A stretch of DNA of 63,193 nt, counting the filler, from Folioceros fuciformis (lineage: Eukaryota): assembly GCA_049999805.1 (NCBI GenBank). It is 7 parts of 7 records of this genome, joined end to end, with 100 filler letters (N's around TTAATTAATTAA, not from the genome) between each part and the next. Parts side by side here need not be neighbours in the genome. Positions count along the whole stretch, not along the records: positions 33,933 to 38,633 come from JBNGIO010005466.1; positions 38,734 to 45,687 come from JBNGIO010005467.1; positions 45,788 to 52,263 come from JBNGIO010005470.1; 4 more parts are not named here. One strand, written 5' to 3'. A model generated the notes under the pieces. It was given only the letters and a program-made list of their open reading frames with translations. It made no database searches and was not told the origin of the DNA. Position numbers and translations under genes: made by a program. Below, one piece after another: positions 35,787-49,699 of the stretch (positions are counted from its first letter, which is position 1; every line of letters starts with the position of its first letter).

Positions 35787-38183
35787 CTAACAATGTTTGT
35801 GCTTGGGCAAGGCCTTCGTGAGTATGTCGGCAGTGTTGTCATCTGTCCCCACGAAGCTTACCTTGGTCACACCTCTGTCCACAGCATCATGTATGTAGTG
35901 GTGCTGTACTTCGATATGTTTTGTCCTTGCGTGAAAATGAGGGTTTGCCACCAAGGCCAAGGCTGACATATTGTCACAAGATATCGGGGTTGGCTCAATC
36001 TGCTCCTGTCCTAGATCAAGTAAGAATCTCCTTTCCCACTCAACCTCTTTCGTAGCTTCTGTAAGTGATTTATACTCAGCTTCGGTGGAGGACAGGGAGA
36101 TTGAGCTTTGCTTTTTGCTGCTCCAATTTACAGCTACAGATGCTAATAAGAAACAGTATGTGGATAGGCTCTTATGGGAATCAGAGTCTGAAGCCCAGTC
36201 GGCATCCGTGAATCCACGCAAGGTAAATCTGTCCTTTCCATCACTTCTGTAAACTAGCCCATGGTGCATGGTGCCCTTGAGGTACCTAAATATCCTCTTT
36301 ACGGCCACCCAGTGCCCCCTACCTGGATTCTCCAAGAACTGTGACACTATGCTAACAGTATACTGCACATCTGGCCTGGTCCAGTTAGCGACAAAAATCA
36401 GACTACCTACAGCATGCTTGTATGGCACACCTTCCATATCCTTCTTGTCTTGGGTGCTCTGTGGGCACATGAGGCTAGTCAGTTTTACTCCAACAACTGC
36501 AGGTGTGGTAGCTGGTTGGCAGTCTTCTAGCTTGAACTTTCTTAGGATCTCATTAATATACTTCAGCTGATGGATCACCATCAGCCTATCAGGTCTGTTG
36601 CGGATAATCTGTATTCCCAAACAGAACCTAAGTTCATCGATGTCCTTCATTTCAAATTTACTGCTTAATATTACCTTGACCTCAGAGAGCAAAGGCTGGT
36701 TGTTTGTGGCCAGTATGACATCGTCCACGTAGAGGGCAAGGATCACATATTCAGCTCCTCTGGTAAGTCTGTACACATTTGTATCTGCTGTGCTTTGTAC
36801 GAAGTCAACGCTCAGCAGGAACACATGTATGGTAGTGTACCAGACTCTACCACTCTGTGTTGAGACCATATATGCACCTGAGCAATTTTAACACCTTGTG
36901 TGGGTGCTTCTTGTCTACATAAGCCTCGGGTTGTTCCATGTACAGGTCCTCGTCCAAGGCCCCATAGAGGAATGCTGTGCACACATCCATCTATTGCAGG
37001 TCCAAGTCAAACTGAGTTGCCAGGGCCAAGATCATTCGGATGGACTGTGCTCTAACCACAGGTGAGAAGGTCTCCTAGTAGTCTAGACCCTCGACTTGAG
37101 TGAAACCTCTTGCCACTTCGCCCTTTGCATTCAATTTTAACTTGAAGACCCATTTGCAGGAAATTGGCTTCCTTCATGGTGGTAGGTTAACAAGTGTCCA
37201 TGTCTTGTTTTTTATCAAAGACTGATACTCGTCCTCGACTGCTATACGCCATTGTGCAAATTCTGGACCATTAAAGGCTTGGGGCAAGGTCTTAGGCTCT
37301 TCTGGTAAGGGTACTGTGACTGCTGAGGAGGAGTGTTTGAAGGAAATTGATTGATACGACGGCTCCTTCCAGTCTGACCTCGCTGGCCTGTGCCTTGTGG
37401 AGCGTCTGAGCTCTGGCTCAGGTGGATCTGGTGCATCTTCACCATCACCAGGTGCAGGGTCATCAAGCTCAGGTATATCCTCAACCTTAGGCTCAGCCCG
37501 GAAGAGGTCTAAGTCATCATAGTCATCATCCTGATGCTCATTGAAAACATCCAGGGGTTCCTGAACAATGGGTACATCGTGTTGACCAGCATCCTATGCT
37601 AACTCATCTGCTGGTGCTTGATTGTCAGGTACAGGTGAAGGATCATCAACAGGGGTTGCATCAGCATCGTCCTGAGGGTAGTTGGCAGGGGCATGAGCAG
37701 GGTTGATAACATATGTGTCTGCATCATCCTCAACTCCCTCTGCTGCTGTAGCAACTCCCTCTGAAGCTGGCTCGCCGACAGGTGCATGGGGTTCCAAAAA
37801 GGTAACACTACATGCTAAGATTATGGAATGTCTGCGCTTGTCGTAGAGCTTGTAGGCCTTAACATTCTCACTATATCCGACGAAAATAAGACCTTGAGCC
37901 CTATTGTCTAATTTCCCCCTCTTTTCGGTAGCGATATAGGCAAAAGCTCGATAGCCAAAGACACGAAGGTGGAGAATGCTAGGCTTACGCTTCCAGAAGA
38001 CTTCATAGGGGGTCTTGCCCTTCACAGCACTTGTGTACACCCTGTTCAGGATGTAAGTAGCAGCTACAACAGCCTCTGCCCAGTATCCCTGAGGAAGACC
38101 AGCCCAGAGAAGCATGCTGCGAGTCATGCCAAGCAAGGTTTGATTTTTCCGCTCAGCAACTCCATTGTGTTGAGGAGTGTAAG
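35787..38183 (-). pseudogene. Copia pol 3' half (integrase, RT, RNase H) of element D
   Basis: YTPQHNGVAERKN, LYVDD, DADWA, EAEY, ADILTK. The integrase is cut at 38184 by family A. Confidence 0.95.
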
Positions 38184-38633
38184 TGTGGAGGCAAAACCCC
38201 GGGCACTGATTGCCGACGGATTCCACCTTTAGTGGCCACACTTATCCCACTGTCGTTGAGACATTGGGTTTCGTTCCCACGAAGGAGCGATGGGGTTCCT
38301 TGCTGCTGTGGATGGAGGGTCGGACTTGATCGACTCGATGACGGATTCGAGGGCTCCCCTCCAGCTCCGATCAGGCGTAGGACAGGCCTCGCTGTCCGGC
38401 GGTCAGCTGCACCTCTCTCGGTGCCCACAAACTCACTCCAGTCACTACAATGACTCTAACCTCTCAGATCTGCGTCTTCCTTCACTCACTTCACTCACTC
38501 TCTCGCTCCAGCACCAACACCAGCAACTACTAGCAACCAGCAACGACACCACTACCTTGTACACTTCCCTACGGACTCCTCCTACCCGGCACGAGTCACT
38601 AGACTAACCCCAAACAAAAGGAAGAAGGGAACA
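38184..38633 (+). mobile_element. Repeat family A copy 3, inserted in the Copia D integrase
   Basis: Starts TGTGGAGGCAAAACC exactly at the integrase break. Confidence 0.8.
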
Positions 38634-38733
38634 NNNNNNNNNNNNNNNNNNNNNNNNNNNNNNNNNNNNNNNNNNNNTTAATTAATTAANNNNNNNNNNN
38701 NNNNNNNNNNNNNNNNNNNNNNNNNNNNNNNNN

Positions 38734-41700
38734 CCAACAATCACCAGTGCCTCTCAAAACTGCCCTTAACTCTCTCAAACCCCTCGGACCTCCCCTTCTT
38801 CCAGTACTGTGGTCACCTCTTCAAAATTGACCACTCTTTCTCCCCAAGCCGTAGGATCACATGATGGAATGTTTCATTCCCTCATATTGTTAGGAAGGCC
38901 TGTCATCCGTGGAGTGTCACTCAGAACACCCCCATTGGCTTCCCCCTGACAACAAGCTACTATCTTGGCAACCCGATCCACCACCATCAAGCCTCCCACA
39001 GCCTTTCGGACTTCTCTTGGCTAGTTCCTCTATTAGAGCCACCTTCACTTGCTAGTGCTTAGCACGACTGGGTTCCAATTCTGGCTTGGGCACGAGGATG
39101 TGAATGGTTTCGTTTAGGAGAGAATAGGCCGATGAGCCTCCATCCCTCCTCCCCGCCCCTTAGCACCCCCGATCCTCCCTGCAGTCACACCCATCAAGAG
39201 TCTCTGAGCCCCAATCACCTAGCCGCCGAACTGGTCCAACCATCGAATCAGGCGCCTCACTGCTGGCCATCAACTCCACGTATTATCCTGCCGCGATCCA
39301 GTCTGCCTGGGTCCGATCCACCCCCGCCTTGATTCGCTTTCTAGCCCGGCCCCGCTCAGTCCCATAAGTCCGGCCAGGCTTAGATTCGCCACCAACTAGC
39401 CACAGCTTGCTAGACTGATCCTAGCACCCGCATGTTTGGAGCATCGATCACTTGGATGCCGGCGCTCCCCTCTGATCTGCCTGGCCAACTGAATCCGGCC
39501 CTAGCTTGGATGGCTCCTGCTTCAATCCGCCTGCCCGGCCACCCCGCTGAATCCTATCGGCCTCAGCCCGAATCCGGCTCCCAGGCTACTGCACCTGCTG
39601 TTCCGGCCATCCTACCACCAACACGACTTGCTTGGCGATCTGGGTAGGCCACTGCCTACGCTGCTGGCCGCCTGCCTTCCTCGGCGGCCATGCCAGCCGC
39701 CGGGCCAACTTGCTGGCCGGCTAGATCCGGCCGGGAAGCTAACGGGATCTAGCAGGCCCCCCCTACCAATTTGCCCGCGTGCTTGGGCTCGCTTGCTGGC
39801 CAGCCCGACCTGGATCTAGCCAGGCAGCCAGCCCACAGGACGGCTTGCTCCCCTCGAACGTGGTCAGGCAGCCCTCTTGCTAAGCCACCTGTTGTTGGTC
39901 GGGTCTGCTCGCTTGCAGTGCTGTCTGCCTGCAGCCAGATAGGGCTGCCTATTTGCAGCCGTTTGGCGGAATCCATGCCGCCTCTGGCTGCCTACTTGGC
40001 CAACTCTCGCTGTACCCAGCCGGTTCCTTGCCCGACTAGACCCCAAACCCCCAGGCCTGGTTGCCCTCCCCGGCCTCCCGCCTGCCAAGGGCTGACCACG
40101 TCCCGGATCTGGCTGTCGCTGGTGGCCTGCTTGCTGCCGGGTCGCCGGGCTGCTCCTCAACAACCGGGCCGCTGCTGGCCCAGCCACGCGCCAGACTGCC
40201 TGCAAGCCGGTTTGGCCCTACTGCCCCGGCTGGGCTGCCTGCCTGATGCCGGGTCGGGATGGCTGCTGGCTAGGCTTCTCCGCAGCCCGCCTGGCTTCGG
40301 GATCCGGTCCTGGCCAGCCTGCTGGATTCACCTGCCAGCCAGCGGGCGTTACCCGGATCCAGCCACTTGCAGCCAACCCCTGTCTGGCCCAGCCTCGACC
40401 AGCCGGCCGGCCCTCCTGGATCCATTCGGACCGCAGCCGGATCCAACTCCAGCCCTCCCCACTAGACGCCTGGCCAGGTCTGCCTGCTTGCAGCGGCTGG
40501 CCGCCTAGACCTCAGCAGCTGTTGTCAGCCGCCTGGCCAGCTAGCCAGCCTCCATCACCTTGCCAGGCCGACATCACCCGCTTGTTTGGTCTGCTGGCTG
40601 ATCGATTCTGCCCACCACCCGACCGCACGCCATCCACTGCCATTGCTAGCTCCCTGCAGCTAGCCAATCCGTCTGATCCGGCCAAGACCCCAACTCGGAT
40701 TCGGTGCCGGCCTGCTATTCTTGTAGATCCAACGCCGCCACCTCCCGCTCGACTAGCCAGCCCTGTGCAGCGCCCCCTGCAGCTCTTCCATATCCGACCG
40801 GCTCATCCCCCTGGCCCGCACAGCCTGATCAGCCCGCCTGCCTAGCCGCCTAGACCTGGTCGCTAGTCGGCTGATCCAACAACACAACCCGCCTGCTAGC
40901 CGACCTCCTGCCTTCCGGGATCCGCCAACCTGACCGGACCGTGCCTGGATCCCATCGGCCTCTGGCTGCCTACCTAGTCGGCTAGTGCCTGGGTTTGCTT
41001 GCTTGGTTGGCTCGGCCGCGATCCAGCCAGCTGCCAGGATGCGCGTCGCCTGCAGCAGCTGGGATCCAGCCTACCAGCCTACCAGGTCTAGATCAACCCG
41101 CAGCCCGCTAGCCGCCTTGCTCTGATGGGCCAACTGCCGGCCGCCTACCTGCTTCTCAGCAGCCGGGCCGGTCTGGGCTGCTGCCTAAACTTTTCAGCTG
41201 CCTGCCACCCGCCATGATCCCTCCCGGCCCGTACTCCCCTCAGCTAGATGCCAACCGCCAACCACCTGGTGGCTGTTTGACTGCCTGGCCGGACCCTTCT
41301 GCCCGGCCTGCCATCCGCTTGGCCGCGATCCATCCAGCCTACCGACCACCTGGCTGATCCAATCGCAGGCCAGATCTTGCCAACCCGACCTGCTTCCCCG
41401 CACCGTCTGCCTTGGTGATTGGGCCAAGCACCTGCCTACCTGGATCCACCTGCAGCCGGCCTTCCCGCCGATCAGCCTGGCCGCCTACCCTACCNNNNNN
41501 NNNNNNNNNNNNNNNNNNNNNNNNNNNNNNNNNNNNNNNNNNNNNNNNNNNNNNNNNNNNNNNNNNNNNNNNNNNNNNNNNNNNNNNNNNNNNNCAGCCT
41601 GCTGGGTCCTCCAGCCACCGGCCCTACGTGATCTATTGGTCGCCCATAGATTCCTCAGTCGCTTGGCTACTGCCCACAGGCGGCCTTTGCAAACCAGCAG

Positions 41701-43737
41701 CTGTCTGGCCGATTAGCCAAGCCACCTGCCTAGCACCAGCCGACCCGCCTCTACCTGCCATCCATCCATATCCGTCCCAGCCAGCCACCAGGCAGCTGCC
41801 TGACTGCTTGCTGACGAGTCGGGTCTGTCTTCTGCAACCACCGCCTGGATGCCAGCCCACCAACGAACTGCCCGACCAACCCATTTGCACCCAACTGTTG
41901 CTCCCAACCGTTCCCAGCTGGCTGGCTCTGCATGCATAGCCGACCAACCTCGCGCCGCCCCAACTCTAACTGCATCCCGCCAGCCAGGCCCGTCCTGCGT
42001 GACCGCCTGCTCTCGAACCCTCAGTCCTAGGCACCGCTATCCCCGTCTCCCGCTTCCACCAGCATCACCAGAGAGAGCCAAGCCCCGCTCGCCTTCCATG
42101 ACGTCTTGGGTTTTACTATTCCTCCGTCACCTTACTCCTGGGACCAGAGCCCACGTCCTATCTACCACACAACCTACCTACCCTATCGACTCACCATCAA
42201 TCTAGCTACTATTCTAACCTAATCTCCCAACCTTTCCTCTACAACACTCACTCACAAATCCAAAAAAAAAGAAAACCTATCATTTCCCAGGGGTCTGTTC
42301 AGCATGTGGAGTCCACACCAGTCTGCTGTGGGCAAACGGGTATGGTATCCCTACCAGGCACCCGCTCACATGTATTGTGGCCACATCAATCCCACGGCCG
42401 TTGTAGGTTTCCCCGGAATCGCTCACCTCTGAGCCTGGTTAGCTACGTCTATTGCTCCCCTACACTAGTCAGCTCTCCCAACCACGTACCTACCAATCTG
42501 GCCACACGTCCCATCAATAGGTAGGCACCATTCCTTCACTTGGAAGGGCCNNNNNNNNNNACACGTCCCATCAATAGGTAGGCACCATTCCTTCACTTGG
42601 AAGGGCCCTAGTACCTCCCCTACCGATTTCTACCTTCCAATCACGTTCCTACCAATCATGCAACACGTCCCATCAATAGGTAAGCACCATTCCTTCACTT
42701 GGAAGGGCCCCAATACCTCCCCTACCGATTTCTACCTCCCTACACTCGATACCTTTTCCTCACAAGGCTCCCTACAACACCTTCCTCTACCCACAATCTA
42801 GCTGCTCGTCTCCCTACACCCAGCAACCAACGAGTTTCCTCCGAGCCTATTCCGCTCCCTCCAACTTTGTTTATCGTTCGCCTACGACATTCAACCTTTC
42901 CCAGCACTTACCTTCAACACGTCCAGTCAGTAGGTAGGCACCATTCCTTCACTTGGAAGGGCCCTAGTACCTCCCCTACCAACTTCCAACTACCTACACC
43001 CAGCACCTTTCTCCACAAGTCTCCTCACAACACCTTCTACACGATCCAACTCCACGTTTCCCTACGTCCAAGACTCCCAACCAGACATCACAAGAACCTT
43101 TGCGATCGGCAATAAAAAGGGCACTCGCAGCTCCCCCTTCCGCCAGGATGTCCACGTAGGCTTACGAAAATTGGTTCTCTATTCGTCACGAAAACACTTA
43201 CAATCAAAGAACGGGGGCCTGGCTCAAGTTCTTCGTTCTACTTATATAGGATGGCAGACGGCTTCCTACCTACCACTAGCCGCGGCTAGCTTTAACTACG
43301 CACACCTACCAAGAGGCTAAGACCTACCAATAGTTGCTAAGGCAATGTGCGCCGATGAAGATTAGGACTGTCGGTGCTGCCATAGAAGATTTATTGACCC
43401 CCTTTTTCAAAAAGGTATGGCTAGGATGGCTCTTGAAGGGAGGCAAAGTCTGAAGGTTGAGCCACTGGCCCCCCTCCATTATTGGGATTCGTCTTCTTTT
43501 GGATCCACAAGCTTCCACCGCACCTTCCTCTGTGTGGATCTCTTGGGCTATCCCTTCACCACCACCTACAAGTTTGGTAGGGGAGGGTTCCCCTTGTTCC
43601 TCAACTTGAGGCTCCTTCCCTACGTAGGGTGGGAATGTTCCCTCCGTAGGTAGGGTACCTACCATTCCTACCCCTCCTCTCGTAGGTAGGTTCCCTACCC
43701 CTCCTCTCGTAGGTAGGTTCCCTACGGGAGAATGTAC
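38734..43737 (-). mobile_element. Family H 5' portion: candidate LTR from 43149, PBS-like site, tandem repeats, long GC-rich leader, decayed ORF
   Basis: On minus: ...GTGGACA-TCC-TGGCGGAAGGGGGAG (PBS-like, 43145-43131). Repeats ACACGTCCCATCAATAGGTAGGCACCATTCCTTCACTTGGAAGGGCC at 42504-42990; GC-rich low-complexity sequence at 39300-42000. Confidence 0.45.
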
Positions 43738-44000
43738 TGTTAGAAATCAAGCTTTAACTGAATTGTTATTAAGAGCATACAACACTTAGGATAGTGTAGA
43801 TTATCCCATATTAAACTCGTAGTTATCTATCACCTAAGTGTTATCAAGATGTACTAGGATATTGCACCCTCGAGACTAAGGCTTACCTTATCGAGGGTTG
43901 CCCCGCCTGAAGGCTATATATGTAGCATCCTGTGCACCATAAGTAAGGAACTGTGGAGTCCTTCTAGGCCTGTGGTGCTATTTCAACATGGTATCAGAGC
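43738..44000 (+). mobile_element. 5' LTR (43738-43988) and tRNA-iMet PBS of Copia element G
   Basis: TGTT...AACA followed by TGGTATCAGAGC. Confidence 0.9.
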
Positions 44001-44454
44001 CAGAGAGAGCGCCGGCGGCCATTGCAGCTATGGCGGCGGTTTGAGGCTATGGCCGTGAGCGTGAAGGTGGCTGGCAATGCAAGCCATTGAGAGGCGTAGG
44101 AGGCGCAACGGCGTAGGCAACGTACGAAGCCGCAACAGGCGCTATAGGCGCAAGAGCGCGCTAGAGGCGCGAGAGGGAGAGAGACTCAGGAGGAGCAGCA
44201 ACTACTAGAGGCAACCAGGCCGTGGAAGCCATAGCAGGCCCAGGATTTGCGAGGAGGAAGGCGTGAACTTGACAAACAGTGTTTTGGTTTTTTTTGTTTT
44301 TTGAAAGCTTGAGCAAAGGCTGTTTTTGCTTAGCGAAGAGTCAGCTGCACATTCAGGAATTGTTGAGATTTGATTGAGGCTTGTGGAGCGCTGGAGCTCT
44401 ACAGCAGTGCAGGGAGTTGCAGGACAAGTGTTGGTGCGTAAAGGAGCCTGAATC

Positions 44455-45687
44455 ATGGCTAATGTGCAGGGATCAGACAATATCTCTCAGGTCGTGGGAG
44501 AGAAGTTGGATAACAAGAATTTTGCTTTGTGGAAGTTCAGGATGAAGAACTTCTTGGTAGGTAGAGGCTATTGGGACCTTTTCATAGGTGATGAGAGTGA
44601 ACCAAAGATGGATCGTACTCCATCACAGGAGCAAAAGACTGCTCACAAGCATTGGACTGAGAGAGCATGTAAAGTGTTACACTGGCTCTCCTTAAGCATT
44701 TAAGATGCTATGGTCATAGAGATCACGGGATGTGAGTCTCCGAAGGATGCATAGGACATACTCATGAGGAACTATGGAAATGTCACACATGCTAGGAAAA
44801 TCCAGTTGAAGCAGCAGTTCAACAACTTGTCACGAGGTAGCAGATCCATACTCGTGTATACAACAGAGGTGAAGACCATAGCTGATCAGTTGACGGAAGA
44901 TGGCATGGTTGCAGTTACTCTGAACGGACTTGGCAAGGAGTACAAGTCCTTTGACACATCAATCTCTGTGAGAGTTGAGTTTCCAAGTTGGGATGAATTG
45001 GTTGCTTTGTTGCTGCATGAGGAAGTTAAGCTTGGTCTGAACACAGGTTCAGGTATATGTCAAGGGAGAGACACTGTTTTGTTTTCTAACCAGCGTGGGA
45101 GAGGCCACAGAGGTCGTGGTTCATTTCGAAGACGGGGTGATGCTCGGAACACGCAAAATCAGCAAGACAATTGGCGTGGAGGAAATGCGCAAGGCCAGAG
45201 AGAATCTGGAAGTTTTAGAGGCGCAGGTAGAGCCACGAGAGGAAGAGATGGTTCTTTTCAATCTCATGACCATTCCAATAGAGACAAGGAGTGTTACTAT
45301 TGTGGTAAGGTTGGTCATATTACTAAGGACTGCTATAAGCAGCAAGCAGACATGAGAGGAAAAGGAAGGGAGCATGGGAACTATGCCTCCTCTAGTAATG
45401 CTGGAAATGACCAGGATAGGTTGTTTGCCATGCAACATCTCTCTGAACAGGATGGGCAGAATGATGAGAGATGGTACATTGATTCAGGAGCATCAAACCA
45501 CATGACTCCGCATGGCGAGTGGTTTAACAAGATGGATGCAGGTCCCCATGGTCATGTGTGTACAGGAGATGACACACAACATGACATAAAGCACAGAGGA
45601 ATTGTTCCTCTTAGGATGCCGAATGGTCAGTAGAAGAGTCTGCAAGATGTGTTGCATGTTCCAACCATTACGAAGAACCTGTTGTCT
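44455..45687 (+). pseudogene. Copia gag-protease (element G), with stops, truncated
   Basis: EKLDNKNFALW, CYYCGKVGHITKDC, WYIDSGASNHM; stops at 44701, 44751 and 45631. Confidence 0.95.
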
Positions 45688-46294
45688 NNNNNNNNNNNNN
45701 NNNNNNNNNNNNNNNNNNNNNNNNNNNNNNNTTAATTAATTAANNNNNNNNNNNNNNNNNNNNNNNNNNNNNNNNNNNNNNNNNNNNACTTTGTTTCTCG
45801 TCTTCCAGAAGCGGCGGCGGCTGACATGCTGCCCAGAAGACGGAGAGCTCGACTTCTCTCGCGGCTTGTGTCTAGCCGTGGTCTATGGCCGGTTGTGTGT
45901 AAGGCCGCGAAGCTTTTAGAGCTTGGTGCCTTCTCTCTGGAGCAGGGATCCAGGTTTTTCAAGCAGATCACAGTCAGCATTCGGAGAGTGGATCTGTCGC
46001 AACTTGGATCTGTGCTTTCCTCCACTCCTTTCGTTTTGCGCATCAGGTTTCCAAGGCGCAGGATCGCCTTGAAAATTTGAATACCAACAACTATCTTGAA
46101 GCAGCACAAGTCCCATAGATAAACTATAACGTGCAGCCCCAAGACCCCATACATATGGAATAGCGATCCGTATATTGCATATGGGTATTCTATCATACAG
46201 ATTTTTTTTTTTCTTCTGTCATTGCCACCCATGCGGAATGATTAGGAACAACGAACATTCTTTTCTGGTCTATTATAGAGTAGGTAGAACTTTA

Positions 46295-48560
46295 GTGCAT
46301 GCATACAACTTACATATTGCCTAAGAAATTTGCAGATTGACTTGCAAAGTTAGTACAACTTACATATTTCCTAAGGGACTTGCAGATTGGCTTGCAAAGT
46401 GCATACAACTTACATATGGCCTAAGGAACTTGCACATTGGCTTGCCAAGTGCGTACAACTTGCATCTTGCCTTGTAGAGTGCATACAACTTGCATATTGC
46501 CTTATAGAGTGCGTACAACTTGCATCTTGTCTTGTAGAGTGCCTACAACTTGCATATTGCCTTGTATAGAGTGCATACAACTTGCATCTTGCCTTGCAGA
46601 GAGTGCATACAACTTCCATATTGCCTTGCAGAGTGCGTACAACTCGCATATTGCCTTATAGAGTTCGTACAACTTGCATCTTGCCTTGCAGAGTGCGTAC
46701 AACTTGCATCTTGCCTTGCATAGTGTGTACAACTTGCAACTTGCATATTGCCTTGCAGAGTGCGTACAACTCGCATATTGCCTTATAGAGTTTGTACAAC
46801 TTGCATCTTGCCTTGTAGAGTGCGTACAACTTGCATCTTGCCTTGCATAGTGTGTACAAATTGCATCCTGCCGTGCACACAACTTGCATCTTGCCTTGCA
46901 TAGTGTGTACAACTTGCATCCTGCAGTGCACACAACTTGCATCTTGCCTTGCCTTGCATAGTGTGTACAACTTGCATCCTGCTGTGCACACAACTTGCAT
47001 CTTGCCTTGCAGAGTGCGCACAACTTGCATCTTGCCTTGCAGAGTGCGTACAACTTGCATATTGCCTTGCAGAGTGCGNNNNNNNNNNGCGTACAACTTG
47101 CATATTGCCTTGCAGAGTGCGTACAACTTGCATATCGCCTTGCAGAGTGCGTACAACTTGCATGTTGCCTTACAGAGTGTGTACAATTTGCATCTTGCCT
47201 TGTAGAGAGTGCTTACAACTTGCATGTTGCCTTGCAACATGGGTTGTAGATTGTCCAAGCATACTACAATGTGCATTATCCAAGCACACTACATTGCATA
47301 TGGTCCATGCACAATGCCTTACATATGGCCTGTGTGTGGTCCATGCAGAGTGCCTTATGTACGGTTTGTATGGTCCCTGTAGATTGCCTTGCAACCTGTT
47401 GCATAGATTGTCCTACACCTTGCCTCATACATTGCCCTGTAACTTGTTGTGTAGATTGTCAATTGCTGTGGATGTAACTCTCTCACACAACCTTGGTTTG
47501 TATTTTGTGCCCTCAAAGCCTACATACCATAATGCGATTGTGTCAGGGAAAAAGTATGAGATGTGTTGTGCGATACAGAGTGCATAAAACTTGCATATTG
47601 CCTTATAGAGTGTGTATAACCTTGCACCTTGCCTTGTAGAGTGCGTACAACTTGCACAACTTGCATATTGCCTTATAGAGTGTGTACAACCTTGCACCTT
47701 GCCTTGTAGAGTGCGTACAACTTGCACAACTTGCATATTGCATTATAGAGTGTGTACAACCTTGCACTTTGCCTTGTAGAGTGCGTACAACTTGCATCTT
47801 GCCTTGTGCATACAACTTGCATATTGCCTTGCAAAGTGCGTACAACTCGCATATTACCTTGCAGAGTGCGTAAAACTTGCATCTTGCCATGCAGAGTGCG
47901 TACAACAACTCGCATATTACCTTGCATACAACAACTCGCATATTACCTTGCAGAGTGCGTACAACTTGCACCTTGCCTTGGAGAGTGTGTACAAGTTGCA
48001 TCTTGTCGTGCAGAGTGCGTACAAGTGCGTACAACTTGCATCTTGCCTTGCAGAGTGCGTACAACTTGCANNNNNNNNNNTTGCATCTTGCCTTGCAGAG
48101 TGCGTACAACTTGCATCTTGCCTTGCAAAGAGAGTGCGTACAACTTGCATGTTGCCTTGCAAAGTGCGTGCAATTTGCATCTTGCCTTGTAGAGAGTGCT
48201 TACAACTTGCATGTTGCCTTGCAAAATGGGTTGTAGATTGTCCAAGCATACTACAATGTGAATTGTCCAAGCACACTACATTGCATATGGTCCATGCACA
48301 ATGCCTTACATATGGCCTATGCGTGGTCCATGCACAGTGCCTTATGTACGGTTTGTATGGTCCCTGTAGATTGCCTTGCAACTTGTTGCATAGATTGTCC
48401 TACACCTTGCCTCATACATTGCCCTGTAACTTGTTGTGTAGATTGTCAATTGCTGTGGATGTAACTCTCTCACACACCCTTGGTTCGTATTTTGTGCCCT
48501 CGAAGCCTACATACCATAATGAGATTGTGTCAGGGAAAAAATATGAGATGTGTTGTGCGA
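46295..48560. repeat. 30-bp satellite (GTGCGTACAACTTGCATCTTGCCTTGCAGA) with a duplicated block of about 400 bp
   Basis: Dozens of tandem units; block about 47170-47572 is repeated at about 48160-48560. Confidence 0.97.
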
Positions 48561-49699
48561 TGAATGTAAAAGAGGGAAAAAAAAACGTCTTTGTCAGGTG
48601 ATGGCTAGATTGGGATGCCACACACTGCCAATACAGTCATGTTCATTAGGTTAAGACTAAGGCACTGTATGCAACACGTGTTATGTCCATTAGGTTAAGA
48701 CAAAGGCACTATATGCAACATGCTGCTAGCTATCGGTATGCATATTTCATACCCCAAGATTATAAACTATAACATACATATGTGAATATGTTGACCATTA
48801 CTTTAAGTTATGACTAGTTATAGAAATAGATATGAAGTATTATAGCTAGGCAAAAGGTTATGTCTATTCATTAGGGTTACAACCTTAGATGAATAGGTAT
48901 ATCATTTAGGCTTAATTATACACACAAAAGCCTCTTTTGCACAATTTAATTTATGATTATCTTATAATCAAGTCTCTTTTAAAATATAAACATACAATGA
49001 CTCATTCCTAATGATTAACCTAATGATTAATCGGTTTGCATAATAGTTTATGTAGACCACGTCATCCTTGACCTTCTCACTAAGGGATTTCCCAACGCTT
49101 AGCATTAGAGCCTTGCTACAACAATGGGCATAGCCTTGCTACAACAATGGGCATACATAACATACCTTGACTGCTAATTCAATCAAGGGATCTACAAGCT
49201 ATTCCTCTTGGCCATAACATTAAATAAACAAGGCAGAATAACATATTAATCTAATCTATCACATTAGCATTGAGGGCTTAGGCGATTACTTGCAAGAACA
49301 CACAATAGGGCCCTAGCGCAGAGTTTGCAAAATGAATAATGCATTGTGTGTCAAGAAAGAGGACATAAAAGAGTGGCATATTCATTTTAACCGTGAGTAA
49401 CTGCATTTTATCTAAATTTTTATTATTATGGACTTATTAATAGCTAACCCTAATAACCATTATGTTGCGTACTGTTTAGGTATGACCTTAAAAATAGCTA
49501 TTCCTGTACTCCACCTCAAACCTAGTTGCCATAACTGGCTGTGTAATCCAGTTGTGATGGCCCTAGCACCGGAGACTGAAACTCCTCAGCCCTTTTGCTA
49601 TGGGCCATCCTCTGGTGTTGATAGTCGCCCATGTGCTAGAGCTCATCTTAGCAGCATTCATCATGGGTAAAAAAGCAGCTAAGCTTGCTTCCAGAATGT

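Noticed and set aside
39432-42205. Pro/Ala/Arg-rich ORFs
   Set aside because: By-product of GC-rich low-complexity sequence; no domain motifs.
46387-48601. Cys-rich ORFs on both strands
   Set aside because: Translation products of the 30-bp satellite.
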